NCBI RefSeq assembly: GCF_041956535.1
Contig: NW_027192203.1
Location: 186,001-250,000 of the forward strand
Direction: 5' to 3'
DNA: 64,000 nucleotides
Source of the DNA: Calcarisporiella thermophila CBS 279.70
Taxonomy: Eukaryota > Fungi > Calcarisporiellomycota
Position numbers and translations under genes: made by a program. The notes under the pieces are model-generated. The model saw only the letters and a program-made list of their open reading frames with translations. It did not search any database and had not been told where the DNA came from. Shown piece after piece: positions 52,371 to 64,000 of the stretch. Positions within the stretch are counted from its first letter, which is position 1; every line of letters begins with the position of its first letter.

Positions 52371-54337
52371 ATGAGAAAGACCGCAAAAACTCTGAAGTCG
52401 TCTCGCCAGATTATCAAGGAAAATATATCGGGGCCGATCACGGTTCAGCATCAAGATCAACTCACCGTTCCGAAAAAAGTCATAAGGGCGCTTTACGATC
52501 ATCGTGCTACCCGCCCTGGTGAGCTCTCCTTCTCGAAAGGTGACTTTTTCTACGTATTTGGAAAAGAAGAAGATTCGCAATTCTTTGAGGCCTGCAATCC
52601 AGTAAAGAACTTACGTGGACTGGTGCCAGTATCACTGTTTCAAGTTCTGGATCGAAACGAAAGATCGGTCTCGACTGGAAAAGATGATAGTGGCGCCAAT
52701 TTTTATAAGGCAGACTCAGGATCGTTTGTGGAAGACACAAGTAGGGCATTCCTCATTTTATACCAAGTCTGCTTCGAGTTAAAGTTCTTTCACTTTCAAT
52801 AGGTGATAAAGGAAAGAAGATGCCATCACTATATGGTATCGTTCTCTATGACTTCAAAGCTGAGCGCCCAGATGAGCTGGATGCTCGTGCAGGCGAGCAT
52901 ATTATAGTGATTGCTCAGTCCAATCTTGAGTGGTTTGTTGCTAAGCCCATAACCAGGCTTGGAGGACCTGGGTTAATCCCTGTTTCTTTTGTGGAAATTC
53001 GGGATCCCGCAACTGGTCGCAACATCCAAAATATTCAAGACCTTCTACAAAACTCAAATATCGTTCCACGAGTGGAGGAGTGGAAGAAGATGGCACAGGG
53101 ATACGAAGAAAGCAGTATCCCTCTTGGTCGATTAGATTTTGAACTTGGTGCCCCTCAGTCGCCGCAACTACAAGAAACCTTTGGCCACGGTCGTCCTCAC
53201 TCGCCCGCAAAACGTACCCCCAGTCCCAGTCCCGGGAAACCGCCATACAGTCTAATACGGTCGCCTTATGAAGACTATGAAGGGCGTGAAGACAGGCTTC
53301 AGCCACCAAAAAGTCCTCGTCGTGTTTCAGGAAGTCGCTCTCGTCGCAGCTGGCATATTGTTCGAGCCTCCGTCAAAGCGTATTATAGAGAAGATGAACA
53401 TTGGTGGTTTGAGATACATGTTTACCTCTCTGATGGCCGATACCGCGTTCTACACCGTGTATATGAAGATTTTTATCTATTTCAAACGAGACTACTTAAA
53501 GAGTTTCCGGTTGAGGCAGGCCGCACGGGAGAAGAACGTATCCTACCTTTTATGCCCGGGCCAGTGGAAACCGTCAGTGATTCGGTAACAGCCCAACGCC
53601 GAGTGGACCTGGATGTTTACCTGGGAGAGCTTTGCCAACTCCCACCCTACATACTCGAACATCCATTGATTGATGAATTTTTCGGTATGAGACAGCGAGA
53701 TATTGAACGCAGGCTTAGTGAAGATGGTCAAATGAGTGAAACACGGTGGGGAAAGAGCGCATTGGGTACAGCACCCAATGCTAACGCTACTTTTGATCCC
53801 CGTCCAGCATTCTTGCCGCGACCAAATGCGAGTCCAGTAAACTCACCTCGTCTAGATCCTGGATTTGGGGATAGGTCATTGGGCTACCGTGAGCCTCCCT
53901 TAATGGCAGTATCGGGATCTCCGAAACCTGTTCCCTCATCGCTTCGAAGCTCTCCTCCACGATCCGCCGGTACGCCACCAGTATTCAGTCCTACTCTTGC
54001 AACAACACCAGGTTCATCAACTCGAGTCTCACCGACGCCAACATCACCTGCGCCGGCGGATACTGGGTTGTCAATAGGCTCAGGAGCACGGTTAGGTGCT
54101 TCTACTTTAAAGGTGAAAATCATTCACCAAGATGAGATCTATGTGATAAAAGTCCCCGACAACGTTGCATATCGAGAATTATATGATAAAACAAAGGATC
54201 TTCTCGGAGCCGGTTTTCAGGGCAGGCTTCAAGTCCGCGAAATAGCTTCAGGTGATATACAGACATTGGAGAACGATGAAGATTTGGATTTGGCTATCAA
54301 GAGTGCGTCAGGGAAATTAGTGATACAGGCGGAGTAA
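52371..54337 (+). CDS. BEM1: Polarity scaffold Bem1/Scd2 (SH3-SH3-PX-PB1)
   Basis: PKKVIRALYD..GELSFSKGDFFYV..FFEACNP..RGLVPV; LYGIVLYDFKAERPDELDA..WFVAKPITRLGGPGLIPVSFVEI..VPRVEEWKK; PX RVYEDFY.FQ..LL.EFP.EAG..RILPFMPGP; PB1 KVKII..LENDEDL. One intron. Confidence 0.95.
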
Positions 54338-55872
54338 ACACTTATATTTATGTATTTCATCGTAAATATTCTATTTTCCTCCTCTTTATCCTAGCCCTTC
54401 GTTAAATTGTAATCTACCCTTTTAATTTTTTATGCTAGTAGTGTATAAATTTTTTCTTAATTCTTTTAATATGTTATATGTACATATTTTATCGCTTTTT
54501 TATTATGCTACTAATTAATTCTTTGAGCTTTCCAATTTCCCTATTTTTAAATATGTACACACAAAAAAAAAAATACTAATTATTTTCAAGATTAAAACTA
54601 AGAGTTGTACTGAAGATTCGTATTCATGAAGCTTCCGTACAAATTTTTATACAATATGTCGGGTTTAATTTCATAACTCTCCATATTTGTCGAAATCAAC
54701 GTTCCAATGTCAAAGTCAGCGATGTAAGCAATCTACAACGAAAACTCTAATCTTTCTTTATGGAATTTATATAGAATTTCTAATTGCCAATTTCTTAACT
54801 ACCAATTATACTAATATTATTGAAATCTCCTATATTTGTGTCGAAATTTTATATGAAACTAGCAATAAATAAATAAATAAATCAGAAATAAAGAAATAAA
54901 AGGTGAAAACGATACAATATATCACCTAACCCAATACGTCTTTTGCATTTATCTAGACTAATTCAACTTATAGGGCAGCGAGTCATTTGCACATGGTTTT
55001 ACTGGATGCGGTGACCCAATGGAGGTATAAATACATGGAATCGTCTCATTCTCTCTTTTCTAAAACCATCCAAATACATACCATCAAGGTGTGCTTATTG
55101 TTTTTTTTCCTCTTCGTGCCAGCAAAAGAGAGCATATTACATCGATAGTCACATGAATATTGAAAATCAATGGCACATGGAATGGCACTTTCAGTTTTAG
55201 TATATTTCAATATTTTAAACATTTCTCTAAATATACATTTTACCAAAACGGCTTCCTGCCTTTTTTACTATCAAAATTCAAAATTTTATCCATCTTAATA
55301 AAAAGCACTAGTTTGCCATCCTTAATTTATTCAGTCTGCACACTATGTAATGTGTTAAAACAATATTGACTATTGAATATGAGTGCTATTACCAATGAAA
55401 AACTCTGTACAATGTCAGAGGACATCTAAACTATATGGATCAACGCGAAGGCAGAGAATACAAAGATTCTCGTTGATGAATTAGAGAGAAACTTAAAATG
55501 AATAGTCTGCATTTATCCGATGACCATTTGTCCAAAGTTTATGAGAAAGAGTGAAAAGCTCGTCCAAATCCTTATCTTTATTATATTTATTATATTCACT
55601 ATATTTGCCTAATGAGCTACAAGTCGAACTAAAATATATGAAAACACTGGACATATATAATTAGACAATTAGAATTAAATCAAACACCGAAATATAGAAC
55701 ATACTGATTATTGACATACTACTTCTTCAAGATAAACCATTTGAATATGCCTAATGGGATGACTCCGAATTAAAGAAAGAGTCGAACTGGAGCAAAATAG
55801 AGTAGATCTGTGAGATAAATGCCGAGAAATGATTTTGGATTAGATTATTGAAAGTTGAACTTGTATTAGAGA

Positions 55873-56757
55873 TTAGAAGATAAAGAAACGCTTTTTGCGA
55901 GTTGTTTCCGCGGGCACTTCGACGGGATACCGACGGCTATATAGGTACTGAACAACAATGCCGAGGATAGCAAGAGCAGCAGTACCGCCCAGCATGCCCA
56001 GAGCAGCCGAATTTCCAGAATACGTGACAAAATAGCGATTATTGAGGAAGAGAATGGTTGCGTTTGCAAATCCGGTATTAAGGAAAATGTCCAATCCGAA
56101 GAAGAAACAAAACGCCCCTATAATTGAGGTGCTCACGATGACAATGAAACGATCAAAGAATATCGCAATTATAAAACCGAGCAATGCCATAAGGGTAAGG
56201 AAAAGAATGCGACCCCAGTACACATGGATGACGCCATCGGCTCTCCAGGAAAGAATCCACAGCCCCAACACCCAAAAGGCTAGAGCACCTAGAAGCCACA
56301 CACCCAAGCGCCAGCAACATGCAAGAATGGCACCACAAATCAGGCCAACACCAATACTGACAACGAAGAAAATTGTTGGAGCATGCGTTCCATATCCGCT
56401 CGCAGGCTGGCCATTGTACAATCCAATCCAAGTAATGAGGCCGAAAAATATTGCACCACCAAGGAACACAGTAAAGCGAATGGTACGATATCCAAAAAAT
56501 GTAAAATAGATTCCAATAAGAAGTAGAAAACAGGCGAGTAATATGGCTTGCACAGGAATGGTTCTTTCGTTTCCGTAAACATCTTTGAAAGTCACCCCCG
56601 GTTCGCTGGCTTCAGTGGGTTGCTGTTGACGCGCGACAAGAACGGGGCCAGCTAAGACGTGAGTGGCGGTGGTCAAAAGAATGATAAATAGAATAAACAC
56701 AGTGGCCAATGACCTAAATGTCATTCCACATCCCAACATAGAAGTTCGTCTAGTCAT
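55873..56757 (-). CDS. DUF4203 / TM7S3-TMEM198-like multipass membrane protein
   Basis: Intronless 294-aa ORF with a signal peptide and about seven Gly-rich TM helices; GIYFTFFGYR..RFTVFLGG and IVSTSIIGAF.FFFGLDIF..GF patterns. Confidence 0.75.
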   Translation of the reverse strand: MTRRTSMLGCGMTFRSLATVFILFIILLTTATHVLAGPVLVARQQQPTEASEPGVTFKDVYGNERTIPVQAILLACFLLLIGIYFTFFGYRTIRFTVFLGGAIFFGLITWIGLYNGQPASGYGTHAPTIFFVVSIGVGLICGAILACCWRLGVWLLGALAFWVLGLWILSWRADGVIHVYWGRILFLTLMALLGFIIAIFFDRFIVIVSTSIIGAFCFFFGLDIFLNTGFANATILFLNNRYFVTYSGNSAALGMLGGTAALAILGIVVQYLYSRRYPVEVPAETTRKKRFFIF

Positions 56758-58151
56758 TACTTAATTATTGATGATGATGATGATGATGGCCGTTAATTAC
56801 AGTTATTCAAGTAGATGATTCCTCTGTCAAAAGTAGGATGAACAAAGTGAAACGCGCGCGCTTTATTTAATGGTGGCGAAAAATCAGATGAATTCAATTC
56901 AATGTTTTCATTGGGCCAAAGTGCCGTAGGAGCATTCCGGACTTCAGGAAAACATAACTAAATATATATGCATCCTACATAAGACACTGGCTACACAACA
57001 GTAGGTATTCATATTGCCCTATCTTCATGATCCACATGGTTAGGTGCTTTTCGCACGGAACGGCGCCAAAATTCTTACCTTTAATGACCAAATGGATATA
57101 TTAAATTTGGTGGCTTAAACCATTTGAAAAATTTTTCAACTATGGGATTTTTCTTAGGTAGAATCTTGTGCAGACTAAGTCTAAATAGTTCAGGCTATGT
57201 TCTTATTCTACCTAATGCGTTTAAACAGAGCTAATAATAGCTGAGAAATTATAACAAGAATACTATATAAACTGCTTTTAATTGTTAAATATGGGTCGAG
57301 AGTTAGGTAAGTGTGTGAGGGAATAATAATTTGTCTGTATCAATAGGAAAGGAAAAGATGGATAAGAACGAATATAAAAAGAAAAGAGATAAAATAAAGA
57401 TTTTTCGGTGGGGGCGTAGGCATGCGCAGTACGTTTAATCGAAATTGAGTGCGACAGATAAATAAAAACAGAATTCAAAATTCATATAAAGCAACCAGAC
57501 AAGAATCGTATTGATATAATAGTAAGCCACGATTGATTCGAGATATTGGCGGCTATGGCTTATGTTGTATTTAGGAATATAAGATTTGTGTACCAATAAG
57601 CAAAAAAAGGTGGCGAGGTCCATTTATATTCGGTCTAAATCTATATATTCATATGCTCATATCCTCATTACTTGCTAAACTATAAGTATACAGTGACTCA
57701 CCTCTATCATATTTAACATTAATTCTCGGTTATAATATGTTTAAATTTCCTTAATCCCTGCTTATGCTTGATACACTCCCAAGCCTAAAATCCCATCCAT
57801 GAAATTACTGGAGAGCATGATAAGTTTGATGTTTGTGCAGAATTCAGTGGAAACCCGTCTTTGAAATCTTTATAGAATGCCTTTGCCACTGTTCGCATGC
57901 ATGCACGCCGTCGTAATCCGCATGGACATTTTTGATGGCCACATCTTTAGTGCATGTGAGATAACAAAGAAAATCTATTTAAGAGAGTACAATTCAGAAC
58001 AAAGACACATAAAAGAAGAATAAGCTCGCTTCTTGTCGAGAGATCAGCTACAAATTCTTACTTTTATATCTATATTCAACTTCACCCTTCTCATCTTTAA
58101 ATCCTGAAATATTGAGGAGTTGCATTTAGATTGCGAGTTCAATCCGTAATA

Positions 58152-58802
58152 ATGAATATCCGAGTACTCCTTTTTTTCATCTGCCTAATCGTAATGGTGG
58201 TGTCTATGGTTACTACAGCGCAGGAAGAAGAAACCAACAATGCTACAGGGGGCAATGAGGTAGGCAATCAGGGTCTTACAAATGGTGGAGGTGGTGACAG
58301 TGGTACCGGCGGCGATAATATTGGAACAGGCGGTAGCAGTGAAGGAACCGGTGGTAATAATAATGGCACTGGTGGTGATAATAGTGGTAATGACACTAAT
58401 ACACCTGCCATTAATACACCTACCGTTGATACTCCTGGCACAAATCCGCGTGACGAAACTTCGCCTGACCCTATTACATCTGACCCAATTACACCTAGTC
58501 CTAGTAAGCCTAGTTCAAATATCACCGGCTCTAATACGGAGAGTAGTGGTGGTGACGATAAAAATTCCACAAGTACAAATAACCAGAGTCTGAGCACACC
58601 CATTAATCACAACAACCATACCAAGAAAGGGAAGATAGAAACTATATACGTCACAAGAACCACGACAGATCGATTTGGACAGCCAACTGTCATCGTCGAT
58701 GTTAAACAACAGCAAGTTAACTATGATTCATTTGCCCCAGAATTAGTGCCTTCAATTGTAGCGTTTATTGCGTTTATCATAAGCGTTGGAATTTTCCTTT
58801 AA
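58152..58802 (+). CDS. Secreted, probably GPI-anchored Gly/Asn/Ser/Thr/Pro-rich cell-surface protein
   Basis: Signal peptide MNIRVLLFFICLIVMVVSMVTTA, repeated TGG(D/N/S) units, a PT/PIT mucin-like stretch, several N-x-S/T sites, and hydrophobic C-terminus PSIVAFIAFIISVGIFL with no cytosolic tail. Confidence 0.75.
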   Translation: MNIRVLLFFICLIVMVVSMVTTAQEEETNNATGGNEVGNQGLTNGGGGDSGTGGDNIGTGGSSEGTGGNNNGTGGDNSGNDTNTPAINTPTVDTPGTNPRDETSPDPITSDPITPSPSKPSSNITGSNTESSGGDDKNSTSTNNQSLSTPINHNNHTKKGKIETIYVTRTTTDRFGQPTVIVDVKQQQVNYDSFAPELVPSIVAFIAFIISVGIFL

Positions 58803-59491
58803 AGGATTGCCATTGATGTTTCGTATTCATCTAAAGTTTAATATAATTATAGTTTATTGTTGGATATATACTGGTTAGTCAACAAGCCTCGAGTAATATA
58901 CGTAATAAACTATTTAGTTAAAAAATAAATAGTATGGACTATCTAAAAATATCGCTCTATTTTACTGTTTATCACAAGGACATGGTCGTACCTCGCTTAT
59001 TGATAGTAGGGTGAGCGGTAAAGTGTCACAGGCCTATCTACATTTCTCCGGTTGAACTGTTCAAGTTACTCTAGTGGAATGATTTGAATGTGACAATATA
59101 TTTTAGCCATTTTATTTCTAAAACCCATTTTTCTTGAATGAATGGAATAATATACAAGCGACTTTATTGTGAAGTAATGGTGCAACTATCGATAAAAAAA
59201 AAACAAATTGAAATAATAGCAAATTATGAAATATCAATAAATAAAAATTTTAAAGGATATACATTTAATTTTAATTAATATTTATCAGATTATCCTTGGA
59301 ATCCTCTAGTTCTCCCAAAAATTACAAAGGTTTATAAGAAAAATGTTCTATAGAGACGCCTCATCTATTATAAGATTGTTATAAAAAAGAAGATTTTATC
59401 GGGTTGCTATGTATACTAGATAAACCACACACAATCTTTAGTAGATATCTGCATTACTCTGATAGCAAAGAGTGTAACGAGAGCTACCTGG

Positions 59492-60421
59492 TCACTTAAA
59501 AAGAAACTGTCTGCCCAAATCCCACATGGTGACTGGTGCTTCACCAAATTTGATAGGATGAATCATAAATGCATCTTGCCATGTCCAATTAATACCCTTT
59601 TTCTCATAAAACGACACCACACCGTCTGGGAAACTGTCCCAGTAGGAACTACTTAAAACGTGTAAGAACTCAATACCCACCTTTCCGGGCAAATCTCGGC
59701 AATTTGGCGGGGTAATATTTTCCTTATTCGCAGAGAAGCGTAGGCACGCATGGATGGTTATGTCTTCTGGTCCAGCGTAGACATTATTTAGACACGTATC
59801 CATGTATGGCAAAATTAGTTGCAAGGCAGCACGCGATAACATGTAGCCTGGCCCTCCCCAGCAAAGACCAGATTCGTCTGGAAAGCCAAAATATTCGACA
59901 GTATCAGGCCGCAGAAGTTTTTGCGCATGATGAAGATAATTCCCTAGTTCATTAATTTTGACAAAAAGATCGTCGTCCGACTTGAAATAATAAGCGTATC
60001 CGGGGTATTCTTCGTATGCGGTGCGAAAGGCTGCAAAAGTTTTTAAGTAAAGGTGGTCGTAGTCGACTTTAGGGATTCGTCGAGCAGGTAATGATGGGAT
60101 CTTTTTTGCGGCCAATCTATAAGACTCCACAGCGAAGACGACGTCTACACCCAACTCCGGGTGGGCGGCAGCATATTTTTGCCAGGTCTCATGAATACTT
60201 TGCGCACGTGTATCGATGTACTGGCTAGAGGTCAGAACAATTATGAGAGTGCGATTTGAACGGTTCCTGAACCCTTCAGATTCATTTGTTTCTAGATTAA
60301 TCCCATTGTAATAAGAAGATATGCTTGCATAAAAAAATAAACAGAGACAACATAGGATTATGAGAATTGAGAAAATTAGATACGTGCGTCTACTGCCAGG
60401 TATCTTAGTGGAAAATGACAT
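59492..60421 (-). CDS. GT31 glycosyltransferase (Fringe / core-1 beta-1,3-galactosyltransferase-like), type II membrane
   Basis: N-terminal TM anchor, IIVLTS..TRAQSIHETW, LYLKTFAAF, YYFKSDDDLFV (DxD), GGPGYMLSRAAL, EDITIHACL. Intronless. Confidence 0.85.
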   Translation of the reverse strand: MSFSTKIPGSRRTYLIFSILIILCCLCLFFYASISSYYNGINLETNESEGFRNRSNRTLIIVLTSSQYIDTRAQSIHETWQKYAAAHPELGVDVVFAVESYRLAAKKIPSLPARRIPKVDYDHLYLKTFAAFRTAYEEYPGYAYYFKSDDDLFVKINELGNYLHHAQKLLRPDTVEYFGFPDESGLCWGGPGYMLSRAALQLILPYMDTCLNNVYAGPEDITIHACLRFSANKENITPPNCRDLPGKVGIEFLHVLSSSYWDSFPDGVVSFYEKKGINWTWQDAFMIHPIKFGEAPVTMWDLGRQFLFK

Positions 60422-61410
60422 TTTTTTAGAGAAAGAAAAACTGTTGTTTTGTCAGAATTCGAGAGCAAAAAGCATTGCATCGGGCAACACAACTGCTTAT
60501 CACACTACGTAAAATAAGGTTCTTCGTGCCACCTTGCTGATACAAGGTTGTTACAAGTTTCGAAAGCATGAACTTTAAATCTTGAGATTAGAGGCACTTT
60601 TTGATTTTTTTCATCTTTATATAAGGCCATCTATTTAATTTCATTTTGGACGGCAATTAATTTTGATTCTAGTTTTCTTCTTCGAACTCTTACTATCGCT
60701 TGTCATTGCTTAGTGCGCTTTCTCGCAAATATTTTAGAGTAATTACACTCGTGTACATAGCGCTGTCACACTCTCGAATAGGAGCGGCTGAAGCCAATCA
60801 GTATTCGAAATTGTTTTCTATATTCCTCAGGTTTTATATAATTATTTCTGTAGCCATACCTCAAACGTGGAGATGTCATTATATGGTCACATCACAGGTA
60901 AAGAAAAGATAATGATATTTTCTTCCTTGCAAATATATTATGTCATGATTACTCTGCCAGTCGGATCAATATATGTCCTTCTTCTTGTGTACGTCACCTA
61001 TTGAGGGGATTTGGATATTTATTTGCTGCTAAGTATCTTGTAAAAGGTAGATCAATTGACGAAACGCGGAGCTGGCTGTGAATTTGTGTCATGCTTGGCG
61101 ATAGGCCTTCTGAATAGAAAAGATAGCCATGGTAAGTCGAGCGATAAACGTGAGCACAAAGGGATGGAGGATGTTGATAGTCAATTTAGATAGCTACAGT
61201 TTGTTAGTAACACTCAAGATAATTTTATTGGTGTACTGCATAGCTAGCCACCTTATATTAGAGTTTTTGCTTTTTGCTATCACTTAGTACTCTACAAGAA
61301 AATTTTCTTAATGTTTTCAAATAGATGTTACACAGGGCTTTACCAATAAGAGCCGAAGGTCACTTTTTATCTTCAAACATTTGTATTTTATATTTATACC
61401 GAGGTGCGCA

Positions 61411-62854
61411 ATGGGCAATAAATCAGCAATTAGGATGATGGCCAGAAGTCCTAGAAGACACTTGCTCCTATCTGGTGGTGTTCTTTGTTTCTTTACCTAT
61501 ATTTTCCTCTTTTCTCCAAATGTCCCATCCCCTTCTTATTCCCTGCGGCCTTCAACCTCGTTGAAACCGCTTGATCCTCTTCCCCCCGTCGACCCCTGGA
61601 CCGCTTGGCCCCCTAACTTGTCGTATGCCATCTGCCGCCCAAAAATATATGTCTATGATCTTCCTGAGGAGCTCAAGTTATCAGATGAAGCTCGAAATCA
61701 TCCTTGCTTCGGTTCTAACTACAAGAGTGAGATTTTATTATGGGAGAAACTCACTGAAAAAGGCGGGAAATTCAACGAGCTCTATGTAACTAATAATCCT
61801 GAAGAGGCTGATTTCTTTTACATTCCATTCATGGGTGCATGCTGGCTTACAGCAAACTGCTGGCAACTCAATGGCTGGGATTTTTCAGGCCGCTGCGATG
61901 TCGATAATAAATATGTCACCCCACTCTTTCGGCATATTATTGAGCATTACCCCTATTGGAATAGATCCGGAGGTGCGGATCATATAATGGTGCATCCTAT
62001 GGATCATACGTTCAACTATTATGATGCAAAAGAGATCTTTCAGCCGGCTATTTTCCTTACAACCGTGGGTGACAAACGAGGTGACCAGCTAAATAGCAAC
62101 CGCTTTACCAATAATATCGTCATCCCTTCCGCTACGGGCCTACTGCATCGCGCCCTGGTTGATCCACGTAGATATCTGGACAAATATGGAAATCCTCTGG
62201 CCAAGAAACATCGCGATATTTTTGCTCTTTTCAGAGGTATGAAAGTGCTACTCTTATTTGACAACCTTATAAGCCTTTCCAATATAACTAATGGAAATCT
62301 GGCCTTAGGATGTTGTAGCACGACAAAGCCAACAGATCCATACAGCATGGGAGTACGCTCGCTTTTATTTAATGGATTAAATCAAATACCCGGATGGGAT
62401 GTCTCTGAATCAAGTGAAGACGAAGAATATATTGATTTGCTCTCAAGATCACGATATGGTATAACGCCTGCTGGTTGGACATTAGATACCACTCGACTCT
62501 GGTATGGATGATTGTTTGAATAATCTATTATATTTTACTGATTATTGGTAATTCGTGCATAATAGGGAATATCTCGCATTTGGAGTTGTGCCTGTTATTA
62601 TTGCCGACGGTATTATTGAGCCTTTCGAAAACGATGTTGACTGGCATAGTTTCAGTGTCTATGTGCGTAGAGAAGACGCCCACCTCTTAGATGATATTCT
62701 CCGAGCGATTCCCGAGGAAGAATATCAGCGTAAACGCAAGCGAGTCTGGGAAGAGGGGGCAAGGGTAGGATTGGAGCGTGATGCATGGCACTTTATTGCA
62801 CGCGAGCTATGTCGTATAAAAAGAATTGATAGAAGGGAGATAATCCAACCATAA
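61411..62854 (+). CDS. GT47 exostosin-family glycosyltransferase, type II membrane
   Basis: KIYVYDLP, TNNPEEADFFYIPF, YPYWNRSGGADHIMV, RDIFALFRG, YSMGVRS, SRYGITPAGW..TTRLWEYLAFGVVPVIIADGIIEPFENDVDW. Two GT-AG introns. Confidence 0.9.
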
Positions 62855-64000
62855 TTTATATATACATCTACTCTAATAACCACCACAATGACGAACATTT
62901 ATTATTTATTCTTATTTATCTATCAAATCGAGTGATGCTTCGATACCCTTTAATAATAATGTGATTTCTACGTTGAACAACTAAGCTGAAGTTTTAAAAA
63001 ATGGGCTCTAATGGAGTTTTCTTCTCTTTTGGAAGTCTGGTAGTTCACAAGAAATCAGAGTAAAATTTTTGAATTTGTGCGAAATATTCTCGACTGTTTT
63101 GCAGACACAATTGATTAAAACACGCTAAAGATTCTGACTGTTTTTATATCTGCTGGCACACTAGCACCTAGAGACAATTGAAATGCAAGTCTTCGGAATT
63201 CTTGGTATTATTATTTGCTGAATGAGTATATGATTTGCTTTTCAATAAAATACTCTAGCTTAAATATCGGCGTAAAAGTTGGATCAGTTTGAGGAAGCTT
63301 ATTCAATGTTGAGCCGAGATGATATTTCCAAAAATCAATAAGAGAATTCTGGAGATGAGGAGCCCAAGCTAGTCAACATTGAATAAGATTACCACTATTC
63401 GAAAATATCAAATATGAACCTTTTTTATTTTTAGATAAAAAAAGCCCAAATTTTGGTTGAGGCTCTGATAAGCGTTAGTTCAATGATAATTGAAAAACCA
63501 TATATAGAGGGAAACGCTTGGTGGCAGTAAGATATTATGGATACTGTTTCCAGTTAAACTTTTGTATTTGAATCGTACGTGTCTCCGATGCAAAAGAAGA
63601 AAGAAGAAAGAGGCTCAAAGCAATCAGACAGTGTGAATACAAGTTGCAATCCACATGGTTGTTATATCTCGAATGCGAAAATAAAAGTCATCATTTGCTT
63701 ATCTAGCCATCCTTCTGTTTCTCTCCCCTTACATCGGTTTATACTCAAAAATATAAGGGAGCTACTAAGAGACAGCGGAGAACGTGTCTTTATTTATGGA
63801 TAGTCCCACACACCTTACAGCATGAGGTAGGCAAAAAGGTCAAGCATACTCAGTATTTATGCAACCAAGGCAGAGGCGGTGGAGGATTCGCTATGGAGTT
63901 GAAAAAGGGAAGGGGTTAGTTTTCAACCAAGACGACGACTATCGAGCCACTAGGCAGAGATCACTCTGACCCTGTATACTCTTATAGTGCCCAGAGATAG

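Noticed and set aside
55379-55612. Interrupted frame ending in a hydrophobic tail, vaguely like a Bet1-type SNARE pseudogene
   Set aside because: Two internal stops, and the hydrophobic tail derives from an AT-rich TTATAT repeat; similarity too weak to support.
62900-64000. Short broken ORFs at the right end, possible transposon relic
   Set aside because: No transposase, RT or integrase motif, terminal repeats or target-site duplication recognisable.

Overview
A gene-dense, intron-rich eukaryotic window, most likely from an early-diverging (non-Dikarya) fungus. That assignment is inferred from the mix of fungal genes (Bem1, Kin4, Nrc-2, Ilv1) with genes absent from budding yeast (INTS9, PUF60). 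I reconstructed 25 spliced protein-coding genes by hand. In order: PDCD2/TSR4 (5' truncated), a TBC RabGAP, a Kin4-like kinase, a bacterial-type Fe-S L-serine dehydratase with a mitochondrial-like presequence, TAF2 fused to two bromodomains, INTS9, ADA3, an ABCC transporter, CCDC47, a PKA-like kinase, an Nrc-2/Fpk1 kinase, GST-zeta/MAAI, RPS26, RPS10, an FHA-forkhead factor, an aldo-keto reductase, PUF60, an H3.3-like histone, ILV1, a BORCS7-like gene, BEM1, a DUF4203 membrane protein, a GPI-anchored Gly/Ser/Thr-rich protein, and a divergent GT31 + GT47 glycosyltransferase pair. The histone, BORCS7-like and MAAI genes are missing from the ORF track. There is a 662-nt assembly gap. The strongest hidden signals are in RNA processing: an AT-AC first intron with U2-type signals in TAF2, a predicted 22-nt poison exon in a long poly(U)-rich PUF60 intron, and two 291-nt hairpin-rich first introns sharing a (CATC)3 motif in RPS26 and RPS10. 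A TGACGT(A/C)A element recurs in most divergent promoters. The intron-poor right end may be a cell-surface glycosylation module. No tRNA, rRNA, CRISPR or recognisable mobile element was found. Family assignments come from remembered motifs, not database searches.
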